From: an uncultured delta proteobacterium
Lineage (GTDB): Bacteria > Desulfobacterota > Desulfobacteria > Desulfobacterales > Desulfosalsimonadaceae
Reading direction: 5' to 3'
NCBI GenBank assembly: GCA_963826785.1
Contig: CAWGYD010000006.1
Span: forward strand, 96,001-160,000
Length of the DNA stretch: 64,000 nucleotides
Below are positions 50,220-59,555 of this stretch, in pieces (position 1 is the first letter of the stretch; every line of letters starts with the position of its first letter). The notes beneath the pieces were generated by a model that worked only from the letters and a program-made list of their open reading frames with translations, had not been told where the DNA came from and ran no database searches. Both the position numbers and the translations under genes were made by a program.

Positions 50220-50936
50220 TCAGGAATGGGTGAGCCGCTTCATGAATTTCATGAATTCGCGCTTCTCATGGGCCATGGCTTCGGACAGCGTCGCCTGGTT
50301 CCGGAATTCAATGGCATCCTTCACCAGGGGCAACATTTCGGAGTTGGCGGCGCAGATATGGGCAGCGATCTGCTTCACCCGGGGGATCAGCATTTCCGGG
50401 GCGACCACTTCGTTTACCAGTCCCCAATCGAAGGCGGTCTGTGCGGTGATGAACTGGCAGGTGAGCGACATCTGCTTGGCCCGGCGCTGGCCGATGGCCT
50501 GCTGGAGCAGCTGGGTCATCCCCCAACCCGGATGAATCCCCACCCGGGCGTGGGTGTCTGCAAACGAAGCGTTTTCGGAAGCGATTAAAAAATCGCAGTT
50601 TAAGGCCAGTTCGAATCCGCCGGTAATGGCATGACCGTTGACGGCGCCGATGAGGGGCTTTTGAAATTTCGCCAGGATATCCAGCAGGTCGGAGCCGTCT
50701 CCACGGGGGTCGAACAGGTTTTCCTTTAATAGTACTTCCAGATCGAGACCGGAGCAGAATGATTTACCGTTTCCGGTAAGAACAGCCACCCGCACCTGCG
50801 AATCGGCCGCCGCAGCCTCCAGGTCATCATAGAGATGGGTCAGCAGCGCCTGGTTGATGGCATTGCGGCGCTCCGGCCGGTTCAGGGTGATCCACGCCAC
50901 CTGGTCTTCCACCTGATATAAAACCGGGGTTTCCAT
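50220..50936 (-). CDS. Enoyl-CoA hydratase/isomerase (crotonase family)
   Basis: ITLNRPERRNAIN, FCSGLDL, AITGGFELALNCD, FADTHARVG. Confidence 0.92.
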   Translation of the reverse strand: METPVLYQVEDQVAWITLNRPERRNAINQALLTHLYDDLEAAAADSQVRVAVLTGNGKSFCSGLDLEVLLKENLFDPRGDGSDLLDILAKFQKPLIGAVNGHAITGGFELALNCDFLIASENASFADTHARVGIHPGWGMTQLLQQAIGQRRAKQMSLTCQFITAQTAFDWGLVNEVVAPEMLIPRVKQIAAHICAANSEMLPLVKDAIEFRNQATLSEAMAHEKREFMKFMKRLTHS

Positions 50937-50960
50937 TTTCCCTCCTGTAAGTCCGTCCGT

Positions 50961-51509
50961 TCAATTCTTTTGATTCTCCGCCGCATCTGCCGGTGCGCTC
51001 AGGTGAAACTCCTTTTCCACCAGCTTGCGGCCATCGTACCACAGTTCCATCTTCCAGGCTCCCGGAACCAGTTCATAAGGCTGCTCCAGGACATACCCCT
51101 GGATATAGTTGATAATCCCGAATGAATCCGTTCTTTTTTTAACCACCCGCGAATACCCGGTGGATGTCTTGCCGTCCGGCATCGTCATTTCCGGATAGGC
51201 ATAGACCTCCTTTAAATCGATTAGCTGGTTAAACGGCAGCCCCACGACCAGGTACTCGTAGCCGAAGGTTTTGCCGATTTCGGCGGTCACCTGGTCCGTT
51301 TCCCCGATGATTTTCATCCCTTTTGCATTTACGCTGGTTCCGCTCGGCGTGGATGGATCTTTCACCCGGGTGGCGGACTCGGTATTGATCGGCCCGAAGG
51401 TGACGATTTTTGCAGATATGGACTCCCCTTCCGCCTGCACTTTTGCGGCCCCGGTGACGATAAATATCATCATGACCAGCCATGCCATTTTTTTCATGCG
51501 AAATTTCAT
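50961..51509 (-). CDS. Exported DUF3859-like protein
   Basis: Signal peptide; TDQVTAEIGKTFG, ELVPGAWKMELWYDGRKLVEKEF. Confidence 0.75.
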   Translation of the reverse strand: MKFRMKKMAWLVMMIFIVTGAAKVQAEGESISAKIVTFGPINTESATRVKDPSTPSGTSVNAKGMKIIGETDQVTAEIGKTFGYEYLVVGLPFNQLIDLKEVYAYPEMTMPDGKTSTGYSRVVKKRTDSFGIINYIQGYVLEQPYELVPGAWKMELWYDGRKLVEKEFHLSAPADAAENQKN

Positions 51510-51786
51510 TGTCTCTCCTTGATTTTTTCGTTCATCCGATTTCAAGTCTTAAAAACACCGGTACAAATAATAGCAATTTCGATAATTTAAAAGGATACTA
51601 CCTGTAACCGGCGCTTGAAAAACTCACTTTCTTGTTGGTTATGAATTCTTTTATCGGTATTTATAACTGATCACAATAGAGAATCTCAAGGCTTTGCAAA
51701 TCGGATACCGGGCCCGGACAACCACTTTAAAATATGGGTTTGATCGGGCCGAAACACAATCGCCCGGGAATAAAGGAGAACTGAAA

Positions 51787-52461
51787 ATGGATATCATGGA
51801 AGCGATTTTCAGCCGAAAAAGCATCAGGGGATACAAGAAAGATCCGGTCAGCCGGGAGGTGATTTCTAAAATCCTGGAAGCCGCAGTGCGCGCGCCTTCG
51901 GCCATGAACACTCAGCCCTGGGAATTTTTCGTGATCACCGGAGACATCCTGGAAAAGATCAAGAAAGGACTGGTGGAAAAACTGGCCGCCGGCGCCCCCA
52001 TGAACCCCGATCACCTGGTGGTGGGATGGCCGCAGGACAGCATCTATCGCCGGCGGCAGGTGGATTTGGCCAAGCAGCTGTTTACGCTGATGAATATCGC
52101 GCGCGAGGACAAGGAAAAGCGGGCCGAGTGGCTAAAGCGGGGTTTTCGCTACTTTGACGCGCCGGTGGGGATTATCGTGGTGACAGACCGGACCCTCAGT
52201 GAGTCCGGCCCCCTGTTTGATATCGGTGCAGTCGTCCAGACCCTTTGCCTGGCAGCGCTTGAACACGGTCTGGGCACTTGCATCGAGGATCAGGCCGTAC
52301 TCTACCCGGAGGTCTCCCGGGAACTGGCGGGGATTCCCGATTCCAAACGCATCATGATCGCCGTTTCCCTGGGCTATCCGGACCCGGATTTTCCGGCAAA
52401 CCAGGTCCGGAGCGAGCGCGAACCGGTGGACAAAATCAGCACCTGGGTCGGATTCGATTAA
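51787..52461 (+). CDS. Nitroreductase family protein
   Basis: RKSIRGY, RAPSAMNTQPW, FDAP, GLGTC, LGYP. Confidence 0.92.
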   Translation: MDIMEAIFSRKSIRGYKKDPVSREVISKILEAAVRAPSAMNTQPWEFFVITGDILEKIKKGLVEKLAAGAPMNPDHLVVGWPQDSIYRRRQVDLAKQLFTLMNIAREDKEKRAEWLKRGFRYFDAPVGIIVVTDRTLSESGPLFDIGAVVQTLCLAALEHGLGTCIEDQAVLYPEVSRELAGIPDSKRIMIAVSLGYPDPDFPANQVRSEREPVDKISTWVGFD

Positions 52462-52610
52462 AAGACGCCCCAGGCGTACCGGGTAATCGCATACTGGCGT
52501 ATACGTTCATTTTTCCTCGCCGGGGCCCAAATGATTTTCTTTGCGCCCCGGCGAGCGCATTTTGATTTCAAAGGATGAAAAACCGGGGGTAAACGGACAA
52601 CCGCAGTTGA

Positions 52611-52994
52611 CTATTCGCCGGCACCGATCAGCGGCAGTTCCTTGTCAATTTTAAAAAATACAAGGTATCGGGGTCCTTTCTGGGCGTCATCAGCCGGGTC
52701 GGGGCATCTGCGCCGGACTTGATCGAGCAGTTGCGTATCCTTTTCTTCCCGCAGTTTGGTCAAAAAGAACCGCTTCCCCTTGTATCCCGGACCCTCCTCC
52801 TTGAACAGGTAAGCCGCATGGGGATTGGAATTAAGATTGGCATGACTCAGCCGATCACGCATGACCATGGCCACGCTGCCGTCATCCATCAGGTGAGGGC
52901 GGGCATAAACCGCCACATCGACTTTGCCGTCACTGTCCGACGTGGCCAGCACGCCGGTGCCTTTCGTGTTCTCAAAGTAGTCTTTCAGGGTCAT
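52611..52994 (-). CDS. Pyridoxamine 5'-phosphate oxidase-like FMN-binding protein
   Basis: GVLATSDSDGKV..YARPH, SHANLNSNPHAAYLF. Confidence 0.85.
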   Translation of the reverse strand: MTLKDYFENTKGTGVLATSDSDGKVDVAVYARPHLMDDGSVAMVMRDRLSHANLNSNPHAAYLFKEEGPGYKGKRFFLTKLREEKDTQLLDQVRRRCPDPADDAQKGPRYLVFFKIDKELPLIGAGE

Positions 52995-53133
52995 GGCATC
53001 CTCCTGCTATCGCCGTTTCGATTTATCTTTTCGGGCGTCCGAACGTCATATCTAATTAGAAACAAGATAGACACGATTGCGCCGTATGCAATGATACGAC
53101 TACTAATAAAGGAAGATGCCGCTGCGGGTCGAC

Positions 53134-53715
53134 TCACCAGCTGCCGTGAAGTTTTTTGAGCACCCAGGCGATGTTCTCACCCAGCAGGGTCATGGTCTTC
53201 ATGCCTTCCTCATCTTTGGCCACATCGCCTTCGTCCAGACCGAATCCCATGTTCCAGTAGTTCGATCCGGGGATGATCATCTGGCTGATCAGGAAAAAAT
53301 GGTTTATGGAATCGAAGGCATGGATGCACCCGCCCCGCCGGGCCGCTACCACCGCCGCCCCGATCTTTCGCCTGAAGATGTCACCGTTGGCCCTGGATAC
53401 CAGTCCGGCCCGGTCGATCAATGCCTTCATTTCCGTGGTGATATCGGCAAAATAGGTGGGCGAGCCCAGGATGATGCAATCCGCATCTTCCATCTTTTCG
53501 ATGCATTCGTTTAGAACATCGTCTTTTACCGCGCACCGCTGATCCTTGTTTTGGAAGCACTTGTAGCAGGCGATGCACCCGTGGATCTTTTTGCCGGCCA
53601 GTGAATACAATTCCGTCACCATTCCCCTGCCCTTGAGCACATCGAGCACCGTGTTGAGCATCAGGGCCGTATTGCCTTCTTTCCGGGCACTGCCGTTGAT
53701 TGCGATGACCTTCAT
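53134..53715 (-). CDS. Iron-sulfur flavoprotein (Isf, flavodoxin-like fold)
   Basis: INGSARKEGNT, CIACYKC-X6-C, GSPTYF. Confidence 0.9.
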   Translation of the reverse strand: MKVIAINGSARKEGNTALMLNTVLDVLKGRGMVTELYSLAGKKIHGCIACYKCFQNKDQRCAVKDDVLNECIEKMEDADCIILGSPTYFADITTEMKALIDRAGLVSRANGDIFRRKIGAAVVAARRGGCIHAFDSINHFFLISQMIIPGSNYWNMGFGLDEGDVAKDEEGMKTMTLLGENIAWVLKKLHGSW

Positions 53716-53803
53716 AAATAATTACCTCTTTTTGCCTGATTGGAGCAGCGCCGGAATAAAGAGAGATCGCCCCTTTTCAGGCGCTGATATGTGGGTATGA
53801 ATC

Positions 53804-54004
53804 CTACAGCAGGGCTGCCAGTTCTCCGTCATCTAACCCGAAAAATTTCTCGATGCGTGCGGCCTGGCCCTCGGTGGGGACCCGAACGCCCTTCTCCAGT
53901 TCGCTGTAGCGGGACTGGGGGATGCCGACGGCTTCGGCCAGATCCCGGGTGGTCAGATTTTTCTCCTCCCTGAGACCTTTTATCTTATCACCGAATTGAC
54001 TCAT
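53804..54004 (-). CDS. XRE-family HTH regulator
   Basis: FGDKIKGLREEKNLT..LAEAVGI..YSELEKGVRVP; AGGAGG RBS. Confidence 0.9.
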   Translation of the reverse strand: MSQFGDKIKGLREEKNLTTRDLAEAVGIPQSRYSELEKGVRVPTEGQAARIEKFFGLDDGELAALL

Positions 54005-54176
54005 GCTCAAAACCTCCTGGAAACAGGTTAATCCTCTTGAAAAAAATTTCCTGCCCCGATGATAAATCCCGTAAAGGGCGCAACGGGAAATAAGTGCATC
54101 CAGCGGGGCCTGGATGTGTTTTGAAAATCATTTCTATTTACAATAACAGAGATTGGCAAGCCATTTTTAGGCGCAA

Positions 54177-55637
54177 TCATTCCTTTTGCCCATCCGGGTT
54201 TCGATTCACAACCCGGCCGTTGCAAATGACGGCATGGATGTCCTGTGTCCGGGAGATATCATTTCGAAAATCGCCGTTTAAGAGCACCAGGTCGGCGGGC
54301 CCGCCTTCTGCAATGCGGCCGAGGCCGGTTTCACCGGTCAGCAGCGCCAGGTGCGCCCCGGATACCGAAGTGGCGGCCGCTACGGCTTCTGCCGGCGTGA
54401 AACCGCATTTTTCCACCAGCAGCCGCATTTCCGTGTGCAGGGAACCGCCGGCCACGGTGCCCACATTGGGGCTGTCGCTTCCCGCGATGATGGTAATGCC
54501 GGCATTCTTCATCCGTCGGACCGCATCATATTTCATGTCCCGGTAAATGAGAACATCATGGACCCAGCTCTCCAGCTGGGGATCATCGGTTGTGAGCGCC
54601 CCTTCAGGCACATTGACGTAGGATTCAAGGATGTGCGGATCCACGATCTGCCGTTCCAGATCGGTAAATGTCAACTCATTGCTGAAAAAATCAGCTGAAT
54701 TTTCAAAGACCACCAGAGTGGGAATGACAACCGCATTTTTTGCTTTCATTTCTTTGATGGTGGCATCGGAAACGGAGGACCGGTAAGGCACATGGGCGAA
54801 AAAAGTCACGCCGGAATGCAGTCCGGTCAGCAGATCCGATTCCGATCCCACATGGGCGCCCACCACCAGGCCCGATTTCTCTGATTCTTCTACAATTTTT
54901 CTGATCAGCGCCTCATAGAGGCTCGGAATGCCCAGGGGGATCTGGTCCACCATGATCTTGGTCAGCGTCGCGCCATGGGCCCTGTTTTCCGAAATGGCGG
55001 GCGCAACATCGCTCACCTGGTTGATCAGGTAACAGACCTTGGAGATGTAAATTGAATCCATGGGCCAGGGAATCAGTTCCCGCAGCATCCTGTCGGGATG
55101 ACCGCCTTCACGGGTCAGACACTTTCCGGCGTAGAAGAATCGAGGATCGATCTTCTGCTCTGCCCCGATATCGGCTTTGAGTTTTTCCAGGTCATTAAGG
55201 GGTCCGGCCATATCATAGACGGTGGTGATCCCTGCGTAAAGATACGAAGAGAGATTTCTGCGGATCAAGCTGTCGTTGGGCAGCACCGGGTCCCAGGGTG
55301 CGGACCCCGGGGATGTGATGTGAATATGGGCATCGATAAGCCCGGGAATCACCATCTTCCCTTTTCCGTCGATCACCCGAACACCGTTTTCCGGGACAGC
55401 GAGATGGCCGATGGCCTTGATCCGCCCTTTTTCGATGAGAATATCGATACCTTCGAGTACCGCTGTGTTCGGATCGCCCGTGAACACATCGGCATCACAA
55501 ATGAGAATCGGCCCGGTTTCCGCCTCTTTTTCCACCAGGGGCGGAAGCTTTGGGGAATATACACACCCCGATATCATCAGCAGGATTGTCGAAAGGACAA
55601 GAAATAAAAAAATGGTGGTTTTCCTGGCGTGATTCAA
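54177..55637 (-). CDS. Lipoprotein amidohydrolase (metal-dependent hydrolase superfamily)
   Basis: Lipobox ISGC; PGLIDAHIH, AHV, IAGSDS, GRIAEGGPADLVLL. Confidence 0.87.
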   Translation of the reverse strand: MNHARKTTIFLFLVLSTILLMISGCVYSPKLPPLVEKEAETGPILICDADVFTGDPNTAVLEGIDILIEKGRIKAIGHLAVPENGVRVIDGKGKMVIPGLIDAHIHITSPGSAPWDPVLPNDSLIRRNLSSYLYAGITTVYDMAGPLNDLEKLKADIGAEQKIDPRFFYAGKCLTREGGHPDRMLRELIPWPMDSIYISKVCYLINQVSDVAPAISENRAHGATLTKIMVDQIPLGIPSLYEALIRKIVEESEKSGLVVGAHVGSESDLLTGLHSGVTFFAHVPYRSSVSDATIKEMKAKNAVVIPTLVVFENSADFFSNELTFTDLERQIVDPHILESYVNVPEGALTTDDPQLESWVHDVLIYRDMKYDAVRRMKNAGITIIAGSDSPNVGTVAGGSLHTEMRLLVEKCGFTPAEAVAAATSVSGAHLALLTGETGLGRIAEGGPADLVLLNGDFRNDISRTQDIHAVICNGRVVNRNPDGQKE

Positions 55638-55737
55638 TTTTTTCCCCCCTTTTCTTCCTCTGGCATAAGGTCCAAGCATAATTATCAATGGATGGCAAAA
55701 TGACACGGTGGCCATCATAGTTGAAAATCTGCTTTTT

Positions 55738-56304
55738 TCAAATAAAAAGGTCACGTTGTTCTTCCAAGATGGCCTCGGCCCTCATGCGGGCATTATCGAA
55801 AGGATTTGCATGCACGGCTTCAGCCTTTTTCTCAGTTGAATCCATGAAGGTGAAATACAGCGACTGGACCAGAAAGAACATCCAGATGCCCAGGGCCCAG
55901 GTCAGGGCCGAATGGGGGTTGAACCCGGCCACCAGGGCCCCGCCCCCGATGCTGATGAAAAGCTCGGCAGCCAGTGCCCGGGCATGCCCGTTTTCAAAGC
56001 AGATGCCGCTTCTGACCCAGCTCAACAGCCCCAGGGTCAGGAGCAGAAAAGCCGCGTTCGACCCGGGAGAAAACAGGAACAGGAACAGCAGGAAGGCCGG
56101 AAAGAGCACCGCCGCCCGGCGCCTGCCCCCCCAGCCGGCCAGCATGAGGCCATAGGCGCAGAAAGCCGCGAAGATAAACAGGCGAAATACCAGCGGCCAC
56201 CATCCGCTGTATGCAAACACGATTTTAAGCGGGATAAACACCAGGCCGAGCAGCAGGCCGAACAGGATGGTGGTCCGCACGGGTCTTGTGTGCGCATCCA
56301 TCAT
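55738..56304 (-). CDS. Multi-pass membrane protein translationally coupled to pspA
   Basis: About six hydrophobic segments plus a C-terminal helix (FDNARMRAEAILE); 4-nt overlap with pspA. Confidence 0.8.
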   Translation of the reverse strand: MMDAHTRPVRTTILFGLLLGLVFIPLKIVFAYSGWWPLVFRLFIFAAFCAYGLMLAGWGGRRRAAVLFPAFLLFLFLFSPGSNAAFLLLTLGLLSWVRSGICFENGHARALAAELFISIGGGALVAGFNPHSALTWALGIWMFFLVQSLYFTFMDSTEKKAEAVHANPFDNARMRAEAILEEQRDLFI

Positions 56305-56858
56305 GAAACACCTCCTTTCAAGGCATCCTTTCGCCGGAGCAGTTCCAGTTCCACCTCTTCATCGGAAAACCGCCTGCCGGCCGCATGCGGCATGACCCGG
56401 GAGACCGTTTCTTCCCATTTTGCGTTTTCCCGGCTTCTCACCCAGGTCTCCGACCGGAGCTTGAGCTGATCGTATTCCTGTTTCCTATCGCTAAGGTCTG
56501 CTGACAGGGCCGTAATCTGCTTTTCCAGTTGTCCGGATTGGTCCGCCAGCACCTCCAGGTGCGCCGCCAGGGTCTTGATTTTTTTGATGAGCATGCGGGC
56601 AATGGCGTCCTTGTCCTTTTTAATGGCCGCGGTCACATCCTGTTCGAGCTTTTCGCGCTCCCGCAGGCACTTCTCCCGGCCGCCCTCCAGCTGTTCCAGG
56701 CTGTTGCGCAGCCGGGAGAGCCTGGCCTGATCGCCGGCAATGGACGCCTCCATCTCCCGCAGGCACTGCTTGAGCACCAGCCCCTTGTCCTCCAGCTGGT
56801 CCATCACCCCGTGAATGTCCGCCCGGCAAAGCCGAGCAAATCGTGTCATGATCCCCAT
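56301..56858 (-). CDS. pspA: PspA/IM30 (ESCRT-III-like) family protein
   Basis: MGIMTRFARLCRADIHGVMDQLED..LKQCLREME, long coiled coil, DEEVELEL tail. Confidence 0.9.
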   Translation of the reverse strand: MGIMTRFARLCRADIHGVMDQLEDKGLVLKQCLREMEASIAGDQARLSRLRNSLEQLEGGREKCLREREKLEQDVTAAIKKDKDAIARMLIKKIKTLAAHLEVLADQSGQLEKQITALSADLSDRKQEYDQLKLRSETWVRSRENAKWEETVSRVMPHAAGRRFSDEEVELELLRRKDALKGGVS

Positions 56859-56921
56859 GGTTGAGCCTCCTTTTGTTTATGACAGTTGTTGACAAATGAT
56901 GTGGTTATTCGGGATGCCCGC

Positions 56922-57190
56922 ACACCCCCCTTTAATTCCCCCCTCAAGGGGGGATTGGGCCGAAATTACGTGATCATTCCTCCCTCCAAACGGAGATTTT
57001 GGCCGAGAGTTCTTTGCTCAGAAGAAGAATCTTGACAAAAAAATTCCACCCCAAGGCTTGCGACTCCCCAAATTTCACCCCGAGGATTGCGACTCCCCAA
57101 ATTTCGCCCCAAGGATTGCGACTCCCCAAATTCCCCTCTTGAGGGACACACCCCCCTTTAATTCCCCCCTTGAGGGGGGCAGGGGGGTGT
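56922..57190. repeat. Composite intergenic repeat: REP-like palindromes flanking a 3 x 29-bp tandem repeat
   Basis: REP-like elements at 56922-56956 and 57147-57190; units of aaatt(t/c)c(a/g)cccc(a/g)agg(a/c)ttgcgactcccc at 57041, 57070 and 57099. Confidence 0.88.
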
Positions 57191-57205
57191 TGCGGCCATG
57201 CATCA

Positions 57206-58630
57206 TTATTTCATCCGCCGTCCGGCATACCCCTCGTACTGGACGGCCTTGGCATTTTCTTTCTGTTTCTGGCGCACTTCGGCCTCATTGCCGGTGAAGG
57301 TTTCCGTCACCGTGCTGCGCAGGACATCCAGATCATCCTTGAGATTTTTGGCCACCGCTTCGGACTGAACCTGGGCGTTGACCGACTGCTGTCTGGAATG
57401 GTAACTGTCGATCCGCTCCATGGCCGCCTCAGGTCTTCCCGCCTTGATCTCCCCGGCCACTTCCTCCCGCAGCCGGTTGAAATCCTCCGTGATCACCTTA
57501 TCGGCCCAGGTCTCCTTTTTAACGGAAGCCAGGGCCGCATCCGGGTCCTCCACGCAAGCGATGACAAACGGTTTTGACAAGGCAACCCCGCATAGTTCTT
57601 TCCCATAGCGGTACTGCGCGTCGATCCCGGAAATCTTGAATTCAGCTTCCCGGCCGGTGGGGACTTCAAAGGTCAGATAAAGCTTCCGGGTTTCTCCGGA
57701 CCGGAGATCGCCCGGGGTGATCACCGCCCGGCCGGATTCATGCGCCACCGGGTATCCGCCCGCTTCCACCAGGCGAATGCCGCCGCTTTCCGGGACCCTG
57801 ACCTTCACGCCGGATACGGCAATGGCCCGGGTGCGGTAAAATTCATCCTTGAACACCGAGGCAAACGCGCCCGGATTCTCCAGAAAATAGTAGGTGCCCG
57901 CCCCCCGGTCGGCGATCAGCGTCATCAGCTGTTCGTTGAAGTCGTATCCCACCCCCACGGTGGTGACGGCCATATGATGCTCCGGCGCATTGGCGGCCAT
58001 GCTCCCCAGTGCCTCGGGGGCGGTGATCCCCTGGTTGGCCAGCCCGTCCGAGATGAGGATGATCCGGCCGAGATTGCCGGCCTTGTCCGCCATGGTCAAA
58101 AGCCTGATGCCCTCTTCCAGTCCCCGGCCCAGATTGGTCCCGCCGGACGCCCGGATACCGGCAACGGATTCCCCGATGGACCGCCGGGTTTCAGGCGTAA
58201 CTGCAGTCAATCCGGACACCACCTGCGCCTGGTCGGAGTAGGCCACCAGGGCAAACCGGTCTGCGGGGGACAGATCGGCCAGCAGATTGAACACGGCCTG
58301 TTTGGCGTCATCTAGCTTTTGGCCGGACATGGAGCCGCTCCGGTCCAGCACGATAACCATGTCCGCATGCCGTTCGGAGGTCTCTTCGGTTGAGACATCA
58401 TCCGCCTGCAGGTTCAGAACCAGCGACACCCGGCCGTCGCCGCCGGCATAGATCCGGTCCTGGGTGAGATTGCCGGAGAGGGTGATAATGCCGTTTTTTG
58501 CGCTGTTGACCGGCCCTGGTCCGGGTGCGGGAATCATGGGTGCGGGTTTGTCCGAATACGCCATGGCCGCGCAGGTGGCTGCGATGAGCCCGGCCACCAG
58601 GATCAATTGTCGGATGCCTTTTTTCTTCAT
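57206..58630 (-). CDS. Exported von Willebrand factor A (MIDAS) domain protein
   Basis: Signal peptide; VLDRSGSMSG, GGTN, LISDGLAN, TVGVG; Ig-like region and helical tail. Confidence 0.9.
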   Translation of the reverse strand: MKKKGIRQLILVAGLIAATCAAMAYSDKPAPMIPAPGPGPVNSAKNGIITLSGNLTQDRIYAGGDGRVSLVLNLQADDVSTEETSERHADMVIVLDRSGSMSGQKLDDAKQAVFNLLADLSPADRFALVAYSDQAQVVSGLTAVTPETRRSIGESVAGIRASGGTNLGRGLEEGIRLLTMADKAGNLGRIILISDGLANQGITAPEALGSMAANAPEHHMAVTTVGVGYDFNEQLMTLIADRGAGTYYFLENPGAFASVFKDEFYRTRAIAVSGVKVRVPESGGIRLVEAGGYPVAHESGRAVITPGDLRSGETRKLYLTFEVPTGREAEFKISGIDAQYRYGKELCGVALSKPFVIACVEDPDAALASVKKETWADKVITEDFNRLREEVAGEIKAGRPEAAMERIDSYHSRQQSVNAQVQSEAVAKNLKDDLDVLRSTVTETFTGNEAEVRQKQKENAKAVQYEGYAGRRMK

Positions 58631-58808
58631 TGTCTTTCCTCCTTCTTTTGGGTTTCGGGTGATATTGCCGCACATTTGACTTCATTCTAAGCCAATGAAA
58701 TCAAATGACAATTCAAAGAAATGCAAAAGATGTAACCGATTTTTTTACATAAGTTTTGCTTTTATCCGGATCTAAAATCTCATAGGATGGGGTGAAAAAT
58801 GAGTCTGA

Positions 58809-58839
58809 ACACCCCCCTAACCCCCCTCGAGGGGGGAAT
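58809..58839. repeat. Single REP-like palindrome upstream of the response regulator
   Basis: acacccccctaacccccctcgaggggggaat, same family as 6622-6740 and 56922-57190. Confidence 0.7.
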
Positions 58840-58856
58840 AGAAGAAAGGACAAGCG

Positions 58857-59555
58857 ATGACCCGGAAAAAAGCCCGCATCCTGGTGGTGGAGGACGACCC
58901 GGCCATTCTGCACGGGCTGCTGGACGTGCTGGTGTTCAACGGCTACGAACCGGATGGGGTGGAAGACGGTGAACAAGGGCTGCAGAAGGGGCTTGCCGGA
59001 AGGTACGACCTGGTCGTGCTGGATGTGATGCTCCCGTCCCGGGACGGGTTTTCCATCTGCCGGGAGATCCGGCGGCAAAAACCCGACCAGCCCGTCATCA
59101 TGCTCACCGCCCGGGGGGCGGAGGCGGACATCGTTTCCGGATTCAAGGCCGGGGCTGACGACTACATCAGCAAACCCTTCTCCCTCCGGGAACTGATGGT
59201 CCGCATCGAGGCGGTGCTGCGCCGGGCCGGAAAGCCCCTGGGGGATGAACAGTACACGATCTGCGGCATCTTCTTCGACGGAAACACCCTGATCGCCGCC
59301 AGAGACGGCGCATCCATCGAACTGACCCGCCGGGAGATGGACATCATCGTCTACCTGCACAACAACAGCAGCCGCATCATCTCCAAGAAAGAGCTCCTGT
59401 CTAAAGTCTGGCAATACCGGGACGCGGACATCGAAACCCGCACCGTGGACATCCACATCCAGAAGCTGCGCAAAAAAATATCCGGACTCGTCGGCGAGGC
59501 CCCGTTTTTAAACACCATCCGGGGCGAAGGCTACCGCCTGGAAAACGTATCATGA
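58857..59555 (+). CDS. OmpR/PhoB-family response regulator
   Basis: LVVEDD, LDVMLP, MLTA, DDYISKPF, TRTVDIHIQKLRKK, TIRGEGY. Confidence 0.96.
   Translation: MTRKKARILVVEDDPAILHGLLDVLVFNGYEPDGVEDGEQGLQKGLAGRYDLVVLDVMLPSRDGFSICREIRRQKPDQPVIMLTARGAEADIVSGFKAGADDYISKPFSLRELMVRIEAVLRRAGKPLGDEQYTICGIFFDGNTLIAARDGASIELTRREMDIIVYLHNNSSRIISKKELLSKVWQYRDADIETRTVDIHIQKLRKKISGLVGEAPFLNTIRGEGYRLENVS

Noticed and set aside
57041..57127. 29-bp repeats as a CRISPR array
   Set aside because: Units are directly adjacent with no unique spacers, and there are no cas genes in the window.
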